Source of the DNA: a virus
Strand: one strand, 5' to 3'
Virus record (IMG/VR): IMGVR_UViG_3300034146_000006
Span: 1 to 46,420 of that record
Length of the DNA: 46,420 nucleotides
The notes under the pieces were generated by a model. That model saw only the letters and a list, made by a program, of their open reading frames with translations, was not told the DNA's origin and did no database searches. Position numbers and translations under genes: made by a program. Shown piece by piece: positions 41,114 to 46,420 of this stretch; position 1 is the stretch's first letter, and each line of letters starts with the position of its first letter.

Positions 41114-43084
41114 TTGGAAGGATTTCAGGTTCCGACTGCCACGGAAGATCGACCGAAGCCGATGTGGGTAGGCACGGTTCGTCACCGCTCGCCTAACTGT
41201 ATTTGGTACGGCGACTACTCCGCGAAGCCGATCAAGAACAAGGTCAGCGTCATCGGTGCGATCGCCTCGTTCGGCGCGGCACTGTTGAACAAGCAAATCA
41301 TCGGCTACAAGTACCACCTAGGCATTCAACTCGATCTCGGTTGGGGACAGGTGGACGAGATCACGCGCATCATCCTGAATGACAAGGAAGCGTGGACAGG
41401 CTCAGTCGCGTCGGGCACCATCACGATCGACAAGCCGAATCTCTTTGGTGGTGAGAATGAAGCGCAGGGGAACGGCGGCTTTCAAGCGGCTGTGGTGGTC
41501 TACCCCGGCAACGGTTCGCAATCCGCAGACTCATACGTAACAGCGAAATCAGGCGCAACACCCGCGTACAGGAACGACGTGCTGATGGTGTTCAAAGGAC
41601 TGACGAGCGGCGGCGCTTACGTCGGCAACTCGGCGTCGTTCCCGGAAATTACGGTCGATGCTCGGCGGTGCCCCAACACTCTCGGAGTTACGGGCGGTAA
41701 GCACGTCATCGACACCTACGACGCTAACCCGGTCTGCGCTCTGTATGAGTTTATGACTCGCGCGGACAATGAGTTCGGCGGCGGCTTCAGCGCGGTACAG
41801 TTTAACGTCGCCAACTGGAAGGCGGCGGCTGAGACAGTACACGGCGAGGGACTTGGCATCTCTCGGATGTTCGATCAGTCCGGCGAGGTCGAGGGGATCA
41901 TTGACGAGTACCTTCAACTGATCGACGCGGTTATCAATATCAATATGACTACGGGCAAGTTTGAGCTTGTCCTATGCAGGGACGACTACGATCCCGATAC
42001 GATCCCTACGCTCGGTGACGACGACATCATCGAGGTGACAAGTTACAAGCGCGGCTCATTCATCGAGACTTTCAACGAGGTCAAGATGTCCTACGTCGAT
42101 CGCACGCAGAACTTCGAGTCCATTCCGATCGCGGCACAAGACGGCGCCAACTCATCCGGTCAACAGGAAGTACGATCGACCACAAGCAAGATCGAGGGGC
42201 TATCGAACCCGACGACCGCGAACAAGTGTCTATGGCGAGAGTTGAAGCTAGTGTCTACACCGCTCGCGTCGATCGGGCTTAAGGTCAATCGTAGGGCGTT
42301 CACGTTGGCAGGCGGGGCGGTGTTCAAGTGGATCGGCACGAGCTACGGTGTCGCAGGGATGATCTTCAGGGTGACCGAGGTTGACCCCGGCACGCTGAAC
42401 TCTAACGTCATCGAGATCAGGGCGGTGCAAGATATCTTCGCGCTAGGGTCTACAGCGTATCTCCCCCCGGCAGATAGCACTTGGGTAAAACCGGAACTGG
42501 ATGCTGAGAGCATTACAGTTCAGCGCGCGATGGAGCAACCGTACCGCTTCCACGAGACGGACAGCACGCGTGTCTTTGCAGTGGCGTCCCCGGCGAATGG
42601 TGCGCAACTCGGCTATAACCCTCACACGCACGAAGCGACCGATCCGTATACACAGAAGCTCTCGAACATCCCCTTCACGCCGAACGGTGTGCTCGATGCG
42701 GACTACACATCGACAGCGTTTGAGACGACAGGCGCATTGGTGGTCACACCGACTTGGGGGATGGAAGATTTACCTGCGACGGTGCTTCCGATGGAGATCG
42801 TCTCGGCATCGCGCGGACTGCTTCTCATCAACGACGAAATTCTAGCGTACGAGAGTTACACGATTGACGGTGACGGGAACTTCGTGTTCGACAACGTGTG
42901 GGGTGGACTACTCGACACGGTGCTCGGCTCGCACGAGGAAGGCGACCGTGTGTGGTTCTTCTCAGAGGGGCTTGCGCTTGATCCGACTGAGTACACGCCG
43001 GGAGCGACCGTTAAGGCAAAGCTCGCTTCAATCGGTAACGAGGGCGCGGTAGCGCTCGGTTCTTGCACGGAGCTAACAGTATGA
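41114..43084 (+). CDS. Central tail fibre / host-specificity protein (lambda J / GTA g15-like)
   Basis: 656 aa from the TTG at 41114 (SD GAAGGA 7 nt upstream). The frame is open back to 41015, so the true start is uncertain. Confidence 0.85.
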   Translation: MEGFQVPTATEDRPKPMWVGTVRHRSPNCIWYGDYSAKPIKNKVSVIGAIASFGAALLNKQIIGYKYHLGIQLDLGWGQVDEITRIILNDKEAWTGSVASGTITIDKPNLFGGENEAQGNGGFQAAVVVYPGNGSQSADSYVTAKSGATPAYRNDVLMVFKGLTSGGAYVGNSASFPEITVDARRCPNTLGVTGGKHVIDTYDANPVCALYEFMTRADNEFGGGFSAVQFNVANWKAAAETVHGEGLGISRMFDQSGEVEGIIDEYLQLIDAVININMTTGKFELVLCRDDYDPDTIPTLGDDDIIEVTSYKRGSFIETFNEVKMSYVDRTQNFESIPIAAQDGANSSGQQEVRSTTSKIEGLSNPTTANKCLWRELKLVSTPLASIGLKVNRRAFTLAGGAVFKWIGTSYGVAGMIFRVTEVDPGTLNSNVIEIRAVQDIFALGSTAYLPPADSTWVKPELDAESITVQRAMEQPYRFHETDSTRVFAVASPANGAQLGYNPHTHEATDPYTQKLSNIPFTPNGVLDADYTSTAFETTGALVVTPTWGMEDLPATVLPMEIVSASRGLLLINDEILAYESYTIDGDGNFVFDNVWGGLLDTVLGSHEEGDRVWFFSEGLALDPTEYTPGATVKAKLASIGNEGAVALGSCTELTV

Positions 43085-43971
43085 CATCCAACCGATCTCT
43101 AAAACCTTACCCGACAGCGAACGTGGAGCTTGAAGATACGAGCGTGATCGGCATCGGCAGTGGGCTTACCTACCTACCTATAACGTGGCTCGGCAAGACG
43201 AACGTAACCGAGGGGTCGAACAGTTCGATCACTAAGACAAGCGGAGCCGTTGATGTATGGGACGCCGGGGCATATAGCGCTGAGTCCATTGCGTCCGGTG
43301 ACGCCGGTGTGAGAATGACCATCCCTTCCGGGATGTCTATGGCTGTGATGATGATCGGACTCAACAACGCGACGGACGCGCCTGTTGACAATAACTTCGC
43401 ATCACTCGACTACGCGATCTTCGCCTTCCAAGGCATCTTAGAGGTGTCGGAGAGCGGCACAGTTACGAATCTGTTCATCCCTTACACCACCGGGGATGTG
43501 CTTGAAGTACGCGTCGTGTCCGGGCAGGTGGAGTACACCCAAAACGGAACCGTAATACGGACTGTAGCGTCACCGACCCTCAACTACCCGCTCGTCGCGG
43601 ATTGCTCGATCTGTAGGATCGGGAATACTCTCGGCACGCCTGAGTTTATGGCGACGCCTGCCGCAGTATCAGGCGGCGTAGAGGTGACGTGGAATACCCG
43701 CAACCGCCTGACCAGTGGTGTGAAGAAGCAGACGGATGCGTCGGACGCGCCGGAAGAAGGGCAGACGACCACCATCGAAATCTACGGTGAGGACGGCACG
43801 ACCTTGCTGAGAACCGAGGACGGGATCACCGGCGACTCATACGACTACACTGCCGAGAACGAGATTGCCGATACAGGGGTTTCCGTGTTGCAGACGAGCT
43901 TAACCTTCAAGATCAAGTCTATTAGAGACGGCTACGAGTCCGCAGAGATCGTTGTCGTGGTCGAACGGTAA
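43081..43971 (+). CDS. Tail fibre / receptor-binding accessory protein
   Basis: 296 aa from the ATG at 43081 (ATGA overlap). Lectin-like N-terminal half and an FN3-like C-terminal half (VEVTWNTRNR). Confidence 0.8.
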   Translation: MTSNRSLKPYPTANVELEDTSVIGIGSGLTYLPITWLGKTNVTEGSNSSITKTSGAVDVWDAGAYSAESIASGDAGVRMTIPSGMSMAVMMIGLNNATDAPVDNNFASLDYAIFAFQGILEVSESGTVTNLFIPYTTGDVLEVRVVSGQVEYTQNGTVIRTVASPTLNYPLVADCSICRIGNTLGTPEFMATPAAVSGGVEVTWNTRNRLTSGVKKQTDASDAPEEGQTTTIEIYGEDGTTLLRTEDGITGDSYDYTAENEIADTGVSVLQTSLTFKIKSIRDGYESAEIVVVVER

Positions 43972-43993
43972 CCTTGATTAAGAATGGCTAAAA

Positions 43994-44011
43994 TGATACA
44001 ATGTATGTGCG
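43994..44011 (+). promoter_or_regulatory. Copy of dispersed motif (TGATACAATGTATGTGCG); candidate lysis-cassette promoter or operator
   Basis: TG-A-TACAAT extended -10-like sequence, intergenic. Confidence 0.45.
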
Positions 44012-44038
44012 TTAAAATTTGGGAAGTTTAACGCACAT
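44005..44038. promoter_or_regulatory. Perfect 12-bp inverted repeat ATGTGCGTTAAA / TTTAACGCACAT (10-nt spacer)
   Basis: Overlaps the motif copy, 25 nt upstream of the endolysin ATG. No U-tract follows. Confidence 0.5.
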
Positions 44039-44062
44039 CCCCACCTTAAAGGCTGAAAACTA

Positions 44063-45085
44063 ATGATTACGAACTCGCTTTTCGAGCGATGCTTTCCTAC
44101 CAAGGGGCTGACCTCGGCGCGCCACCTGCGCAAGTACAACCTCATACGACAACGCGACGAACTCATTCGCGCGCTCAACATTTTCTTACCGAAGTACAAG
44201 ATCAACACGGGTGCTCGCGTTCGGGCGTTCCTGTCGTGCTGTGGTGTAGAGACTGATTACTTCAAGACGACTGCCGAGTACGCTTCCGGTGCCGACTACG
44301 AAGGACGCAAAGGTCTTGGCAATACGCATAAGGGCGACGGTAGGAAGTTCAAGGGCAGTGGGATCATCCAGACGACCGGGCGCTATAACTTTTCCCGCGT
44401 GATGATTCGCTTCGTCAAGAAGCTGACAGGCGTGGACTACACCACTAAACCAGTGATGCTCACGCGAGAGGCTACCCGGCTCGGCGTCAACTTTCTCGAT
44501 CATCCTGAAATGCTTCGCGACGATATCAAGATCGCGGTCGAAGCGGCGTGTATCTTTTGGGAAGAACAGAATCTCAACACCTACGCAGACGCGCTTCGGA
44601 TCAAAGAGCTTAATGCTCTAGTGAACCGTGGCGACAAAAACAAGACACCGCTCCATTGGGAGAAGCGCCGCGATCTCTACAACACGCTATGCACGATCAT
44701 CCCTAACAGCTTCAGCTTCGCCGAGGACGAAAACGGTGACGGGGAGTTCCCCGCTCTCGTCGAGGAACCGGCACCGGCACCTGCCCCGCAGGATGAGGTC
44801 AAGCCTATTGATCTGGACAAGGCTCAGGTGGGCTTAAGCAAAGCGCAGGCGACGTTACAGGCACCCGCCATCCAGACGATAGCGAAACGGGCAGGCGGTC
44901 GATTGGCACTAGGGCTTGGCTCAGTGTGGTCTACGACCGGGGGCAAGGTCGCCACTGTGCTCACAGGTATCCTCATCCTTGCCGTTGCCGCAGGCATTAT
45001 CTACTCGTACCGCAAACAGCTTCAGCTAGGGGTTCAGGTCGCGAAGGCGACGTTCAAGAAAGCAGTCGGGGGGCTATTCGCATAA
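44063..45085 (+). CDS. GH19 (chitinase-like) endolysin with C-terminal transmembrane helix
   Basis: 340 aa. INTGARVRAFLSCCGVETDYFKTTAEY and GDGRKFKGSGIIQTTGRYNF. PAPAPAP linker, then VATVLTGILILAVAAGIIYSY. Confidence 0.9.
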   Translation: MITNSLFERCFPTKGLTSARHLRKYNLIRQRDELIRALNIFLPKYKINTGARVRAFLSCCGVETDYFKTTAEYASGADYEGRKGLGNTHKGDGRKFKGSGIIQTTGRYNFSRVMIRFVKKLTGVDYTTKPVMLTREATRLGVNFLDHPEMLRDDIKIAVEAACIFWEEQNLNTYADALRIKELNALVNRGDKNKTPLHWEKRRDLYNTLCTIIPNSFSFAEDENGDGEFPALVEEPAPAPAPQDEVKPIDLDKAQVGLSKAQATLQAPAIQTIAKRAGGRLALGLGSVWSTTGGKVATVLTGILILAVAAGIIYSYRKQLQLGVQVAKATFKKAVGGLFA

Positions 45086-45429
45086 TGGACACCACGATCA
45101 GCCCCTTTGTCGGGGTCGTTCTCACGATCATTGGACTCATCATCACTGTCTCGATCCCCGTGGTCGGGTTCTCGTTCAAGCAACTCTATGGTCGCATCAA
45201 TGAGGTCAAGGAAGATGCCAAAGAGATCACCCGCCTCTCGACCGACGACTACAAAGAGCGCGTGGCTGAGGCGAAACGCGAGGCGAAACAACTCGTGATG
45301 GAAGAAGAACGCAGGCGCAACGATGCGATCGGCGGGGTGATGACCCAAGTAAATTCACACTACGCCGACCTCAAAAACGAAATGCACAACATCAGGTCAG
45401 ACATCAAGGACTTACGCGATGATAAGTAA
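45085..45429 (+). CDS. Holin-like protein (single N-terminal TMD + coiled coil)
   Basis: 114 aa from the ATG at 45085 (TAATG overlap). TMD FVGVVLTIIGLIITVSIPVVGF. Confidence 0.75.
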   Translation: MDTTISPFVGVVLTIIGLIITVSIPVVGFSFKQLYGRINEVKEDAKEITRLSTDDYKERVAEAKREAKQLVMEEERRRNDAIGGVMTQVNSHYADLKNEMHNIRSDIKDLRDDK

Positions 45430-45805
45430 ATTCTACGCCGAGCATAAGGCGGCAGTGTGGGGAACCGGGATCATCGTAGCGGTGATCTCGGCTTGGCTAA
45501 TCGTGGCGTGGTTCTCCGCGTCATCAGAGATCACTGTACCCAAGGCAGAACGACACGAGGCTAACGCGAACATCGCGGCACAGCAGTCTACCGTCGCCGA
45601 GGTACAGGCTAACGCGATCCGGGATCAACGTCTGGATGCGCACGAGGCAACTACTCGATCGAGGGGCACCCTCAAGGAAAGGAAATCTAATTATGAACAG
45701 GTACGGAAAACCGCTAATGCTAACGGCGTCGATGGCGCTAATCTTGATTCTCGCGAACGTAACCTTCAGTCAGACCTCGACCGGCTCTACCCCGCCAACC
45801 GATAG
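45419..45805 (+). CDS. i-spanin-like type II membrane protein
   Basis: 128 aa. TMD AVWGTGIIVAVISAWLIVAWF, then a polar/helical domain. Confidence 0.75.
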   Translation: MISKFYAEHKAAVWGTGIIVAVISAWLIVAWFSASSEITVPKAERHEANANIAAQQSTVAEVQANAIRDQRLDAHEATTRSRGTLKERKSNYEQVRKTANANGVDGANLDSRERNLQSDLDRLYPANR

Positions 45806-46115
45806 GGCAAAGCTCGTCTCCCTGTGTGAGAAGGCGAAGGATGAGGTCATCGCTTCCCGGACTCTGATAGCGTCCTATGAGGACACGATCACCAAGCAGG
45901 AAGCCGAACAGACCCTAACCGACGCGGAGCTTCTGAAGGTCAGGGAAGCCCTCGGTCACGAGAAGAAGGCACTCGAACACTCACAGTTGGCGATCGCCGA
46001 ATACAAGAAGGCTCTCGCGAAAGAGGTCAAGAAGAAGAACTTCTATAAGGCGATGGTAAAGGGGTTGGTGCTTACGACCGGGGTATTGGCGGCTTTCGTG
46101 GTGCTTCGGAACTAA
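45693..46115 (+). CDS. Protein in the o-spanin position: signal-like N-terminus, coiled coil and C-terminal TMD, no lipobox
   Basis: 140 aa from the ATG at 45693 (SD AAGGAAAGGA). Overlaps the previous gene out of frame by 113 nt. Confidence 0.7.
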   Translation: MNRYGKPLMLTASMALILILANVTFSQTSTGSTPPTDRAKLVSLCEKAKDEVIASRTLIASYEDTITKQEAEQTLTDAELLKVREALGHEKKALEHSQLAIAEYKKALAKEVKKKNFYKAMVKGLVLTTGVLAAFVVLRN

Positions 46116-46187
46116 GGGATTATCCCTAGTCAAATCAGGGAAAACCCCGCATTGACTCTCAGACGGTGAATCGCTTATTCTCATAGA

Positions 46188-46260
46188 GTCATTCAGATTA
46201 CGACCCTGATTGATGTTTTCAGCTTAGACCCCGGTTGCCCAAACAGCCGGGGTTTTCCTT
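46188..46260 (+). ncRNA. Candidate small RNA / functional 3' UTR of the late transcript (antisense seeds to five phage translation-initiation regions)
   Basis: TTGACT (46152-46157), 18 nt, TATTCT (46176-46181) upstream, an intrinsic terminator downstream, and no ORF. Carries GATTACGACCCTGATT and GTTTTCAGC. Confidence 0.3.
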
Positions 46261-46261
46261 T
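46229..46261 (+). terminator. Rho-independent terminator of the late/lysis operon
   Basis: CCCCGGTTG / CAGCCGGGG (9 bp with one G-U), 6-nt loop, then TTTTCCTTT. Confidence 0.75.
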
Positions 46262-46293
46262 GTCTCGGCATAGTTCGGTTTATTGACTACATC

Positions 46294-46420
46294 ATCCTAT
46301 TTATGTGTCCGATAAGCCCACACCGTAAACACTCAGCTTTAGGCGGTTTCCGTTCCACTCTCCGACCACTCCAAGGGCTGTCAGCACGTCGATCTGTTCC
46401 TCGAAGCCGAGCCGGTCGAT
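46294..46420. repeat. Terminal direct repeat, right copy (assembly overlap)
   Basis: Identical to 1-127. Confidence 0.95.

Larger units (their letters stand above)
1..46293. mobile_element. Complete circular genome of a temperate tailed phage (siphovirus-type tail module); unique length 46,293 bp
   Basis: Exact 127-bp overlap of the two contig ends. Full set of integrase, replication, packaging, head, tail and lysis genes in two divergent arms. No flanking bacterial genes. Confidence 0.85.

Noticed and set aside
43978-44208. 76-aa minus-strand ORF spanning the tail/lysis intergenic region
   Set aside because: It runs antisense into the endolysin start and across the 12-bp inverted repeat. 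It has no SD and a composition unlike neighbouring genes.
45981-46184. 67-aa minus-strand ORF preceded by a three-codon uORF with ATGA coupling
   Set aside because: Two thirds of it is antisense to the well-supported gene at 45693-46115, and its sequence is just the mirror of that gene's Lys/Ala/Glu coiled coil. There is no recognisable fold or motif. It is kept only as the alternative ghost-5'-UTR reading in the first finding.

Overview
The window is an entire, circularly closed genome (about 46.3 kb) of a temperate tailed phage. Bases 1-127 recur exactly at 46294-46420, which is an assembler overlap. Two divergent arms meet at a largely non-coding hub of about 1.5 kb (20960-22424).

Minus-strand arm (22363 down to 8):
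- acidic early genes;
- a replication/recombination module: family A DNA polymerase, AEP primase fused to an SF3 helicase, SNF2 helicase, Cas4-like and VRR-NUC nucleases, endonuclease VII, a Gam-like protein, an HNH endonuclease, and an NDT-like/dNMP-kinase fusion;
- several tiny membrane peptides missing from the ORF track;
- then a terminator, a secreted moron and a large serine integrase.

Plus-strand arm (22425 to 46115):
- terS and a lambda gpA-type terL, then a lambda-type portal;
- a prohead-protease/HK97-capsid fusion and connector proteins;
- tail tube, a G/GT chaperone with a TTTTTTC -1 frameshift site, and the tape measure;
- two tandem paralogs, GTA-like tail-tip proteins and a J-like host-specificity protein;
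- an atypical lysis cassette.

I saw no rRNA, tRNA, CRISPR array or transposon.

The most interesting signals are non-coding:
- a promoter-to-terminator unit in the lysis-operon 3' UTR whose sequence is antisense to the translation-initiation regions of five phage genes;
- a dispersed palindromic motif (TGATACAnTGTATGCG, at least 11 copies) concentrated at transcription-unit starts, three times in leaderless-mRNA geometry;
- a conserved 26-31 nt element upstream of three consecutive early genes;
- a hub with iterons, G/C skew and microsatellites that may hold ori and/or cos.

All protein calls rest on motifs recognised by eye; no database search was possible. CDS coordinates include the stop codon.
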